This document shows, piece after piece, positions 41,003 through 50,500 of a stretch of 64,000 bases of DNA. Numbering within the stretch: the first letter of the stretch is position 1; each line of letters starts with the position of its first letter. The notes under the pieces were generated by a model that saw nothing but the letters and a program-made list of their open reading frames with translations, did not search any database and was not told the DNA's origin. This stretch comes from Polyangiales bacterium (lineage in GTDB: Bacteria > Myxococcota_A > Polyangia > Polyangiales > JADJQN01). The position numbers and the translations under genes are program-made. The stretch covers positions 672,001 to 736,000 of the forward strand of contig CAXNJO010000003.1 of NCBI GenBank assembly GCA_964202905.1. Reading direction: 5' to 3'.

Positions 41003-41932
41003 TCAGGCCTTCGGCAGATGCACCTCTGCGCAGGCGCGCAGGGTGTTGTCGTGAATCTCGAGCACGCGCGGGATGCTGCCGTCGGGCTCCTGCTGGTAGC
41101 CGCCCGCGAGGTCCCACACGACGGGGATGCCCATCGCCGCGAGGGTGCGGAAGACGATCGCGTCGCGCTCGCGCAGCTGCTCGGTGCGGAGGAAGCCGCC
41201 GAGCGGATCGTCGACGTGCGGGTCGGCGCCCGCCTGATAGAGGACGACGTCGCAGTCCTTCATGGACGCGATCCCCTCAGGCAGCCCGTGCATGAGGAAG
41301 TCGCTCGCCTGACGTCGCTCGCCGTAGGTCGCGCCCGCCGTCCAGTGGCGCACCCAGTCGTGCGCGCCGAGCGTGGTGAGGATGTCCTCGGTGCCGTCGC
41401 CGTAGTGGAAGTCGCAGTCGAGGATGCCGACGCGCTGCGCGAGCCCCTCGGCCCGCAGCGCGGTGGCCGCGACCATCAGGCCGTTGAAGGTGCAGAAGCC
41501 CGAGACGCGCTCGTGGCGTGCATGGTGAAAGCCCGAGCACGGCGCGATGGCCACGGGCGCGCTCGCCGTGAGCACATGCCGCGCGGCCGAGAGCAACGCG
41601 CCGCTCGTGAAGGGCAGCGAGTCGGCGACCGACCGCAGCGTGTTGCCGAAGCCGTTGGGCTTGCGGCACGCGAGCACGTTCTCGACGAAGCGCCGCTCGT
41701 GCGCGCGGGCGAAATCATCGACGGTGACGGGCGTGACGGCGCGCTCGTCGAGCGGCACGCCGAGCTTGCGCCACGACGCGACGACCTGCGCCGGCTTCTG
41801 TGCGCTCGGCGAGAAGGAGTTGTTCTCCGCGACCATGCGCGGGTCGTAGAACAGCGGCAGCGCCGCGAGGGGGGAGGTGACCGTGAGGTCGGTGGCGGAG
41901 GGCTTGGGGGAGCGGCGCGGCGGGTTGGACAT
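41003..41932 (-). CDS. Histone deacetylase-family (Zn-dependent) deacetylase, paralog 2
   Basis: GFHHA, SGFCTFNG, ILDCDFHYGDGT, QAGADPH, LAGGY; collinear with paralog 1. Confidence 0.92.
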   Translation of the reverse strand: MSNPPRRSPKPSATDLTVTSPLAALPLFYDPRMVAENNSFSPSAQKPAQVVASWRKLGVPLDERAVTPVTVDDFARAHERRFVENVLACRKPNGFGNTLRSVADSLPFTSGALLSAARHVLTASAPVAIAPCSGFHHARHERVSGFCTFNGLMVAATALRAEGLAQRVGILDCDFHYGDGTEDILTTLGAHDWVRHWTAGATYGERRQASDFLMHGLPEGIASMKDCDVVLYQAGADPHVDDPLGGFLRTEQLRERDAIVFRTLAAMGIPVVWDLAGGYQQEPDGSIPRVLEIHDNTLRACAEVHLPKA

Positions 41933-42059
41933 GCCCCGAACATGACGTTTCGAGACCTGACGAACGAGAGTTCATTCCGGACGCTCTCATGACGATCGCG
42001 TCATGAATGCGTTCGGAGACGGATCGCGCGCCGGGCCGTCGTCGTATCCTCGAGATCGC

Positions 42060-42887
42060 ATGTCGATCTCGCCGCCGCGCCCGCGTTTCCCCGCGCGACT
42101 CCACGTACTCCTCGCGACGAGCGCGCCGTTGGGCGTGGTCATCCGTCGCGGTCCCGCGGGCAAGGTGGCCACGCTGCTGTGGCACCGCGAGCGCGACACC
42201 TTCGAACTCGGTCAATGGCTCAAAGGCCGCATCTACGAGCGACGATGCGACCTCTCACCCGACGGCAAGCACCTGATCTATTTCGCGATGAGCGGGCACT
42301 GGGAGTCCGAGGCCCGTGGTGCCTGGACGGCGATCAGCCGAGCGCCGTACCTGAAGGCTCTCGCGCTCTTCGCCAAGGGCGATTGCTGGCACGGCGGGGG
42401 CCTCTTCACGGACGAGACACACTACTGGCTCAACGACGGCTACGGGCACCAGGTCATCCGCGACACCCGAGCCGTGACGCGCGATCGCGACCACCGCCCC
42501 TCGCCGAGTTTCGGCGGTGAGTGTCCGGGCGTGTACGTCCATCGGCTGAGGCGTGACGGCTGGACGTTCGTCGAGCACATGCGCTCCGTCGATGTGTTCG
42601 AGCGCCCGCTCGACCATGGCTGGCGCCTGCGCAAGCTCGCGCATGCGGAGGTCCGCCGGGAGCCCGGCAAGGGCTGCTACTGGGACGAGCACGCGCTGCT
42701 CGCACCGAACGGGGACGTCACCTCACTCCCCGACTGGGAGTGGGCCGATCTCGATCGTGGGCGCGTGGTGTGGGCCCGGGGCGGCAAACTCTGGAGCGCG
42801 CGGATCGAGCGCAGCGGGCTCGTGCGCGAGAAGCAGCTCTTCGACTTCGACGGTATGCGCTTTCAAGCGGTCCCCGCGCCCTACTGA
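42060..42887 (+). CDS. Hypothetical Trp-rich protein (possible beta-propeller)
   Basis: Good codon usage; RRGP, GQWLKGRIYERRCDLSPDG, WEWAD; start uncertain (42003/42060). Confidence 0.7.
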   Translation: MSISPPRPRFPARLHVLLATSAPLGVVIRRGPAGKVATLLWHRERDTFELGQWLKGRIYERRCDLSPDGKHLIYFAMSGHWESEARGAWTAISRAPYLKALALFAKGDCWHGGGLFTDETHYWLNDGYGHQVIRDTRAVTRDRDHRPSPSFGGECPGVYVHRLRRDGWTFVEHMRSVDVFERPLDHGWRLRKLAHAEVRREPGKGCYWDEHALLAPNGDVTSLPDWEWADLDRGRVVWARGGKLWSARIERSGLVREKQLFDFDGMRFQAVPAPY

Positions 42888-42999
42888 GAGCTCAGGATTC
42901 ACCGCATTGGATGGTTCCTGCTTGGGCGATGGGGTCGCGTCGTCGGATGCAGGTTCGAACACCGCCGTGACGGCCGCAGCACGACGGACTCACACCGAC

Positions 43000-43404
43000 T
43001 CAGACGAACGGATCGAGAAGGCGGACGCCGGTTCCCCGGAAGTCTCGAATGTTCCGGGTCACGAGCGTGTGGTCGCCGGACAGCGCACACGCGGCCACCA
43101 GCGCGTCGGGCTGGGAGAGTGCCTGTCCGTGATTCGCGGCGTCCGCGCGGAGTTGGCCCGCGACGCGTGCCACGCGCACGTCGATCGCGACGATGGTCGG
43201 ACGAGAAGCGAGCAGCGCTTCGAGCCACGCAACGAGGCGCGCACGCGAAGTCGGTGGGGCGCGCATCACGACGAAGCTGAGTTCGTCCACCGTGATCGCG
43301 CTCAGGGTCAGGCCCGTTTGAGCCTCGTGCCATGCGAGCGCGCCGGGGTTCGGGCGACGCTTCGTCAGCTCGGAAACGACGTTCGTATCGACCAGGAAGG
43401 TCAT
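43000..43404 (-). CDS. vapC: PIN-domain toxin (VapC family)
   Basis: FLVDTNVVSE, ITVDEL, DALVAA, LVTRNIRDF, LLDPF. Confidence 0.9.
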   Translation of the reverse strand: MTFLVDTNVVSELTKRRPNPGALAWHEAQTGLTLSAITVDELSFVVMRAPPTSRARLVAWLEALLASRPTIVAIDVRVARVAGQLRADAANHGQALSQPDALVAACALSGDHTLVTRNIRDFRGTGVRLLDPFV

Positions 43405-43694
43405 CGCCCGCCAAGCCTCGGGGCCGGGCGTCCGCGGCGCTTGGGCAGGGGCAGCGAAGCGCCTCCTTCCTCCCGAAGGCGGGCCGACGCTGCGAGAAAA
43501 TTCCGCCAAGCCTCCGGGGGACGACCCTCTGCCTGACACATCCGCTCGAATCGCTCGCTGTCGACGATGACAGCCACCACACGGCCCCGGTTTGCGATGG
43601 GCTGTGCCTCACCGGTCTCCCGCGCAGCCGCGACCATCTCGGAAAGGTGCGCCTTCGCCTCGACGATGCTCCGGGGTTCCACGGCTCGCTTCAT
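43401..43694 (-). CDS. Phd/YefM-family antitoxin
   Basis: SIVEAKAHLSEMV...IANRGRVVAVIV; ATGA overlap with PIN gene. Confidence 0.85.
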   Translation of the reverse strand: MKRAVEPRSIVEAKAHLSEMVAAARETGEAQPIANRGRVVAVIVDSERFERMCQAEGRPPEAWRNFLAASARLREEGGASLPLPKRRGRPAPRLGGR

Positions 43695-43740
43695 GGACCA
43701 GTTCCTGACGGAATCTGGACCAACTCGCAACGCCCGCCTG

Positions 43741-43991
43741 GCCATCCCCCCACCCACCGCGCCCATTACCGACCAACCAACGTCACGCATCTCACCGGCT
43801 GAAGCCGTCGCTGACCTGCCCGCCTCGCCATCCCCCCACCCACCGCGCCCATCACCCACCAACGCCACGCAGCTCACCGGCTGAAGCCGTCGCTGACCTG
43901 CCCGCCTCGCCATTCCCCCAACCCACCGCGCCCATCACCCACCAACGCCACGCAGCACACCGGCTGAAGCCGCCGATGACCTGACGCCCTC
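43741..43991. repeat. Non-coding tandem repeat, ~82-86 bp x3
   Basis: Units start gccat at 43741, 43827, 43909; share cccaccgcgcccat and caccggctgaagccg. Confidence 0.9.
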
Positions 43992-44000
43992 GCCGAAGCG

Positions 44001-44073
44001 CCATCGCCTGTCGCGCCCCCTCCGAAAACTCCCCTCCCCTCCCGAAGGGAGGGAGGGGCCGGGGGTGGGAGGG
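44001..44073 (-). repeat. REP-like hairpin element, copy 3 (inverted relative to copies 1 and 2)
   Basis: Reverse complement ccctcccacccccggcccctccctcccttcgggaggggaggggagttttcggagggggcgcgacaggcg aligns with copy 2. Confidence 0.75.
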
Positions 44074-44081
44074 AAAAAGCT

Positions 44082-45002
44082 TTAGCACCGCGGCGTCCCC
44101 GTCCCCGGCGGCCGCGTGGCGCGGGCGAGGGGCTCGGGGATCGCGTTCCAGCCACGGACGGGGGCGAGGCGGTTGACGTGGCGACGCAGGAAGCCGGGGA
44201 TGACCTCCTTGTGCGCGCGGTCGATGCGCTCGGGGTGCTCGATGGTGCGCATCATGCGCTCGTGCGTGAGGTGGCCGTACGTCTCTTTGAAGGCCGCCTC
44301 CGACTCGGGCTTGTCGATCCACACGCGGATGCCGGCGCGGTCGGCCTCGGGGTGGAAGAGCGTGGTCTCGATGCCGGGGCCGATGTGGAGGGAGGTGATG
44401 CTCTCGCCCTTGTCGTTCGCGCCGGGGCGGCTCTCGGCCGCGAGGACGGCGCCGGAGAGGGCGGCGAGCTTCGCGGCGTCGGGCTCGAGCGCGTCCCAGT
44501 TGCGGTGTTCGAAGGCGAAGATGCGGTCCTTGAACATCGCGAGGAGCGGGTGCGCCTGGCCCGCGGCCGTCGTGTACTGGGGCTGCACGCCGAACTTCTT
44601 CTCGGCGCGGTGCGCGAGGCGCGCGACGCCGAAGTGCAGGACGATCAGCTCGAAGGAGTAGCAGATGGGCATCAGGCCCGGCGCGTCCTCACGGCGGCGG
44701 TCGTGGGCCTCGTAGAGCGAATCGAGGAAGGTGCCGTACGCGGCCCCCCACGGGGTGCCCAGCGAGTCGAGCGGCGAGCCGGGGCCGCCCGACGAGAGGT
44801 AGACGTCGTGGCCCTCGGGGATCGCGTCGCCCTTGTCGCGCGGGGACACCGCCGTGAGGTCGACCGCGACGCCGGGGTTCGCGTAGCGGAGCTGGCGCTC
44901 GAAGATCGCGAGCGTCGCGTGCAGACAGCGGATCGCCTCGTTCTTGACGCCGGCGTTCATGTCGATGAGGCAGACACGGACGGGCGGGGGTGCAGCAGGC
45001 AT
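44082..45002 (-). CDS. Class I glutamine amidotransferase-like protein
   Basis: SSGGPGSP, ICYSFE (Cys nucleophile), FHPEAD (His-Pro-Glu). Confidence 0.82.
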   Translation of the reverse strand: MPAAPPPVRVCLIDMNAGVKNEAIRCLHATLAIFERQLRYANPGVAVDLTAVSPRDKGDAIPEGHDVYLSSGGPGSPLDSLGTPWGAAYGTFLDSLYEAHDRRREDAPGLMPICYSFELIVLHFGVARLAHRAEKKFGVQPQYTTAAGQAHPLLAMFKDRIFAFEHRNWDALEPDAAKLAALSGAVLAAESRPGANDKGESITSLHIGPGIETTLFHPEADRAGIRVWIDKPESEAAFKETYGHLTHERMMRTIEHPERIDRAHKEVIPGFLRRHVNRLAPVRGWNAIPEPLARATRPPGTGTPRC

Positions 45003-45162
45003 CGGGCGCGCGACCGTACTGCATCCGGGCGTCGATCGCGAGAACGACGCGCGGCGCGCAGGCGTCGGACGTGGCGCGGGTGCAGGACGCGCGGCGTGCG
45101 TGCGTGACGATCGCGTGGCATGGCCGCGGCGTTTCAGAGCTCCAGCAACGGCGAGGTACGGC

Positions 45163-47084
45163 ATGAAGCGGTTCGGGACGAGTGGGTGTGTGATCCTCCT
45201 GGCGCTCGCGGGCGCGGTCGGTTGTGGCGGCCGCGAGCGCGGCGTGGTGCTGCCCGACAGCGGGTTCCCAGGCCTCGACGCGGCGGTCGACAGTGGTGCG
45301 ACCGATAGCGGCGCGACCGATGGCAGTGCAGCGGACGGCGGCGCGAGCGATGGCGGCCCGGCGGACGGCGGTACAAGCGGATGGCGGCCCGGTCGACAGC
45401 GGTGCAAGCGATGGCGGCGCGGCGCGATGGCGGCGCGCGCGATGGCGGCGCGCGCGATGGCGGCGCGGCGGACGCGGGCCTGGTCGACGCGGGACCCATC
45501 GAGGTCGTGTTGCGCATCGACACGCTGGGCAGGACCGGTTGCACGACGGTCGATCACGACGCGGTCACGGGCGACGATCACGGCGGGGTCGCCGTGTCGG
45601 GGCGCAGCGTGTTCGTCGTCGGCGATGACGCGACGGGCATCTACGACCTCGACCTCGCGTCGGGGGTACCCATCGCCTCGGACCCGCCCGCGCTCGTCGA
45701 CAACGCGCGCGACGTGATGGTGAGCGACGTCGGCAGCGGCGGCGCCTTCTTGCTCGCGGATGACACGGGGCCGATCGGGCCGATCGACCGCTTTTTGGGG
45801 CTGACGCCGACGTTGACGCGCCTGCTCCCGATGGGTGCGGACGGCGGGCCAGCGACGGGCGAGGTCGTGCTCTCGACGCCCATCGCGCTCGACGCCTCGC
45901 TCGACGTCGGGCTCTTCGCGGGGCGCGGCGAGATCGGCATCCACGACGGCTCACTCTTCTTTATAATCAACACCGCGACGGGCACCGTCACGGAGCTCGG
46001 CCTCGTGACGCTGCCGCGGCCCTCGACCTGCGAGAACTGGGCGTACTGGGGCCTGCTCGAGCGCGTCGGCGCGACGCGCAGCGTGGTCTTCGTGCAGAGC
46101 GGCGGCCTCGATCCGAACGAGCTCGTGCGTGTCGACGTCCCGAGCGGCGCGGTCTCGCCGCTGCCCAGCCTCGGCGGCCTCGACGACATGTGCTCGATCG
46201 CGGCGGACACGATGCGCGGGCGCTGGTACTTCCACCACGAGGGCAGCTCGGATCTCGTGACGACGGGCAGCGAGATCCTCGGCTACTGCGACGCGACGTA
46301 CGCGCTCAGCGGCAGCGATTTCGCCGTGACGGAGCTCGCCGGGACGGGCTGCATGGGCATCGACGGGATCGATACCCTCATCGGCGACGACCGGGGCGGC
46401 ATCGCGCTGCGCAACGGCGACGTCTTCCTCGCGGGGGACACGGGGCTCGGCCGCTGGGACGGAGCGCTCGGCATGCCTGCGACTTCGGCAAGCAATGCCA
46501 TCGTCTACGAGGGCATCTTCTCGAACATCGCGACGGGCGAGGTGTGGTCACTCGCCGACGCGGGCGGCGCGCTCGTTTCGTCGTCGTCGACGACGGTGAC
46601 GCGCCTCGTGAAGCTCGACCCGGACACGGCGCTCGCGACGCGCGAAGAGATCGCGTTGTCGCGGCCGATCGACGTGTTCACCGGCGACCTCGGGGTCTTC
46701 GCAGGCTGGGACGAGGTGCTGTTGCACGACGGAGCGCGTGTGTGGCGCGTCGCGCTGCCGAGCGGCGCGGTGACCGATCTGGGCGCGCTGACGCTGACGC
46801 CGCGGAGTTTCTGTGAGTCGAACACCTTCTGGGGCGTCGCGGAGAACTTCGGCGGCAAGTCCTACCTGACGCTCGTCGACGGCAACGACGTGGTGCGCGT
46901 CGAGGTGCCGGGCGGGCGGCGCACGACCGTCGCCACCTTCGGCGACCTCTCGGACATGTGCTCGTTCACGCTGTCGGCCGCGCTCAACCGCTGGTACTTC
47001 CACCACGAGGGCGGGTCGGACCTCACGACGGGCTCGCCTGAAGAGACGCTCGGCTACTGCCCGGCGACGCTCACGCACCGCTGA
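45163..47084 (+). CDS. Lipoprotein with two tandem copies of an unassigned ~270-aa domain (frameshift ~45380)
   Basis: Lipobox AVGC, DGG/DSG linker; duplicated GDDxGG..CE..WG..DMCS..RWYFHHEG..LGYC. Confidence 0.75.
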
Positions 47085-47180
47085 GCGAGCGGATCGACCG
47101 CGCGGGGCGCGAGCGGGGCGCCCGGCTACGGATATTCTGTGCACGCGCGGCGCGGCGCGCTGTACAAGGATCGCACCCCG

Positions 47181-48308
47181 ATGCCGTCCGACAGCAAGCA
47201 CCCCGCGCGCCCGGTCGCGACGCGCCTCGACGCCGACGACCGCTACACCGGCCGCGGCGTCACGATCGCCTTTCTCGACTCGGGTTTCTACGCGCACCCG
47301 GACCTGACCGCGACGCGGCACCGCATCAAGGCGCACCACGACGTCACGACGGGCGTGACGCTCAAGCGCGCGGTGCCGAAGCCGGACGTCTCCTCGTGGC
47401 ACGGCATGATGACCTCGGTCGTCTGCGCGGGGGATGGCTCGCTCTCGGGCGGCAAGTACCGCGGCCTCGCCTCGCAGGCCGACCTCGTCCTCGTGAAGGT
47501 CGGCACCTCGGCGCGCATCCGCCACGAGGACATCCAAAAGGGTTTCGAGTGGATCCGCGCGAACCGCGAGGCCTTCGGCATCCAGATCATCAACGTGTCG
47601 TGCGGCGGCGACTGGGAAGCCAGCTACCTCACGGATCCGCTCTCGCGCATCGCGGAAGAGTGCGTGCGTGAGGGGCTCGTCGTCGTCGCAGCCGCAGGAA
47701 ACTCGGGCGATCAGCGCGGGCACCGCGTGCTGCCGCCAGCCAACTCCCCCGCCGTGATCACGGTGGGCGGCCTCGACGACGCCAAGCACGGGCAGCTCGA
47801 TCGGCGCGGGCTCTACCACTCGTCGCACGGGCCCACGAGCGACGGCTTGCAGAAGCCCGAGATCATCGCGCCCGCGATCTGGGTCGCCGCGCCGATCCTG
47901 CCGGGCACGCCCACCGCCGAGCAGGCGAAACTCATCGCGGACCTCTCGCGCACCGAGGACGACGACACGCTGCGCGCGATCCTGCACGCGAGCGGCGGGG
48001 TCGACGCCGAGCTCGACGCGCTGCGCGAGGCGCCCGGGCCGACGCTGCGCAGCCTCGTCGAGCTGAAGCGACGCGATCAGAAGGTCATCAACGAGCACTA
48101 CAAGCACGTCGACGGCACGAGCTTCGCCGCCCCGATCGTGACGTCGGCGGTGGCGCAGTTGCTCGAGGCGCGCCCCTCGCTGACGCCCATGGAGATCAAG
48201 CGCGTGCTGATCGACACCGCGGCGCGCATCGAGGACGTGAGCCCGGACAAGCAGGGCTGGGGCATCGTACAGCCAGCCTCCGCGCTGCAGCGCGTGCTCG
48301 GGCGCTGA
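47181..48308 (+). CDS. S8 (subtilisin-family) serine peptidase, no signal peptide
   Basis: FLDSG, WHG, AAGNSG, DGTSFAAP. Confidence 0.9.
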   Translation: MPSDSKHPARPVATRLDADDRYTGRGVTIAFLDSGFYAHPDLTATRHRIKAHHDVTTGVTLKRAVPKPDVSSWHGMMTSVVCAGDGSLSGGKYRGLASQADLVLVKVGTSARIRHEDIQKGFEWIRANREAFGIQIINVSCGGDWEASYLTDPLSRIAEECVREGLVVVAAAGNSGDQRGHRVLPPANSPAVITVGGLDDAKHGQLDRRGLYHSSHGPTSDGLQKPEIIAPAIWVAAPILPGTPTAEQAKLIADLSRTEDDDTLRAILHASGGVDAELDALREAPGPTLRSLVELKRRDQKVINEHYKHVDGTSFAAPIVTSAVAQLLEARPSLTPMEIKRVLIDTAARIEDVSPDKQGWGIVQPASALQRVLGR

Positions 48309-48357
48309 CCGCCCCTACCGCACTTTTTCCAAGGTTTTTTGGCCTTTTCGGCGCGGT

Positions 48358-49290
48358 TCACGGCGGCGCTGGGCCCGCGACGTCGGGTGCGCTCGCCGGG
48401 TCGGGGGTCGTCGCCGCGACGAGGGCCGCGACGAGCAGCAGCGCGCCGCCAGCGCCGAGCTGCCAGCGCCACACGTCACGCGCGAAGAGCAGCGAGAGGC
48501 CCGCGGCGACCGCGGGCTCGAGCGTGTAGAGGACGCTCGCCTCGACGGGCGCGACGACCGTCTGCGCGCGCGTCATCACGGTGAAGGTGAGCGCGGTGCA
48601 GACGACGCCGAGGTAGGCGACGGCGAGCAGCGTGGGCGCGGCGAACGCGAAGCGCGGCGTCTCGAAGACGAGCGCGCACGGCACCGCGAGCGCGGCGATG
48701 CCGAGCGACTGCGCGAGCACGAGCGCGACGGCGTCGAAGCGCGGCGCGGCGCGCGCGACGGCGGAGACGTAGTAGCCGAAGGTGACGGCCGAGAGCAGCG
48801 TGAGCGTGTCGCCGAGCCGCCACTCGAGGCCGACGGGGTGAAAGAGCGCGAACACGCCGAGCGAGGCGAGCAGCACCGCGCCGAGCACGCGTGGGGACGG
48901 GGCGCGGCGCGTGTAGAGCACCTCGAAACCGGGCACGAAGACGACCATCAACGACGTGAGGAAGGCCGAGCGCGCGGGCGTCGTCGTCTGCAGGCCTGCC
49001 GTCTGCAGGCCGAAGCTGAGCAGCATCGTGAGCGTGAGCGGCAGCGCGGGGACGGTGGCGCGGAGCGCGGGCACGAGCGCGCGCGGGCGGAAGGCGACGA
49101 GGGCCGCGGCCGCGATCGCGAAGCGCACGGCGATGAGCGCGAAGGGGCTCGCCCCGCCGAGGCCGGCCTCGATGACGACGAAGGTCGAGCCCCAGAGGAC
49201 CGTGAGCAGCACGAGCGCGATGCGCGCGCGGGCGAGCGTCGGCGCGCCTGCCGCGGGGCGCGCAGGGAGCGACGCGACGGGCGCGCTCAA
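48358..49290 (-). CDS. DMT/EamA family transporter
   Basis: WGSTF, RF, QTAGLQTT, GD, LEP; about 10 TMs; start approximate. Confidence 0.85.
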   Translation of the reverse strand: MSAPVASLPARPAAGAPTLARARIALVLLTVLWGSTFVVIEAGLGGASPFALIAVRFAIAAAALVAFRPRALVPALRATVPALPLTLTMLLSFGLQTAGLQTTTPARSAFLTSLMVVFVPGFEVLYTRRAPSPRVLGAVLLASLGVFALFHPVGLEWRLGDTLTLLSAVTFGYYVSAVARAAPRFDAVALVLAQSLGIAALAVPCALVFETPRFAFAAPTLLAVAYLGVVCTALTFTVMTRAQTVVAPVEASVLYTLEPAVAAGLSLLFARDVWRWQLGAGGALLLVAALVAATTPDPASAPDVAGPAPP

Positions 49291-50451
49291 GAACGCTCGC
49301 CCCGGTGCAGCGCGAGGACCTCGGCGTACACCGCGAGGAAGCGCTCGAACACCGGGTCCCAACCGTGGCGCGCGGCGATGACCGCGTGGCGGCGGGCGCG
49401 CTCGGCGGCGTCCGCGGGGCGCGCCTCGCGGATCGCGCGCACGAGACCGTCGATCGACTCGCCCTGCATGGGCGCGAGGCCGACGAGGCGCGCGAGCTCC
49501 GGGGCTGCGCCGCGATCGCGTGTGACGACCGTCGTGCCGGTCGCGAGGGCCTCCGCGGTGAGCAGTCCGAAGGTCTCGCCGCCGCTCAACGAGAGCACGA
49601 CGTCGGCGCTCGCGAGGAGCGCGGCGACGCGCAGCGGGTCGGGCTCGTACGGCAGGCGGATGACCTCGGGGAACGCGCGCACGAGCGCGTCGACGCGGCC
49701 CGCGAGCGGGCCATGACCACCGATCGCGAGGCGGAAGCGCGATGGATCACGGAGCGCGGGATACGCGGCGAGCACGTGGTGCAGGCCCTTCTCGGGGACG
49801 AGCCGCGCGAGGAAGAGCACGAGCGTCACGCCGGGCGGCACACCGAGCTGCGCGCGGAGCGATTCGTCGCGGCGGGCGGGGTGGAAGCGCGCGAGATCGA
49901 CGCCGAGCGGTGTGAGAAACGTGTGCCGTGACGCCGCCCGCGCGGAGCCGCGCGAGCGAGTGCTCGGACGCGCCGAGGGCGGCCGTGAAGCCGCGGTACT
50001 GGAAGCCCACGTGGCGCTCGGCGAGGCGCTCGGCGCGCGCGGCGAGGCGCGCGCCCACGTAGGCGAGCGGCTGGCGCGCGAAGAGCTCGGGATAGTCGGT
50101 GTGGAAGAAGCCCACCGACGCCGCGCCGACGCGCGCGAGCGCGGGCCGTAGGAGGTGCGGGAGCAGGTACGGGCTGCCGACCTCGACGAGCTCGGGGCGG
50201 AAGCCCTCGATCGCGCGCGCGAGCGCCCGCGGCGAGAGCATCGCGCGGTAGCCCGCGCCGACGGGCACGCCGCGCAGGCGGATGAGGTGCGCGCGCGGCC
50301 CGTGCGACTCGACCTCGTCGCGCGCGCCCGGAATGACGAGCGCGTAATCGTGCTCGGCGCGGGACGCGAAGAAGGCGAGCTTGCGGTCGTGGTAGGTACG
50401 GATGCCGCCGCCCGTCGGCGAATAGCCGTTGTCGACGTCGAGAATCCGCAT
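49287..50451 (-). CDS. Glycosyltransferase family 4 (frameshift ~49925)
   Basis: YSPTGGGIRTY, FFHTD; then LGVD, RLVPEKG, ETFGLLTAEA in a second frame. Confidence 0.8.
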
Positions 50452-50500
50452 GGCGCGGCGGGTGTAGCACGCGGCGCGGGGCAGCCGCGGGGCGCGGGCG

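Noticed and set aside
23461..41932. PARG and the HDACs as one operonic eraser system
   Set aside because: About 15 kb apart and separated by housekeeping genes; no sequence evidence of linkage
43741..43991. Possible CRISPR array
   Set aside because: Whole ~82-bp units repeat with no unique spacers, and no cas genes are present
33468..44081. Prophage, ICE or integron
   Set aside because: No integrase, structural, conjugation or transposase genes; no tRNA att site or attC pattern seen
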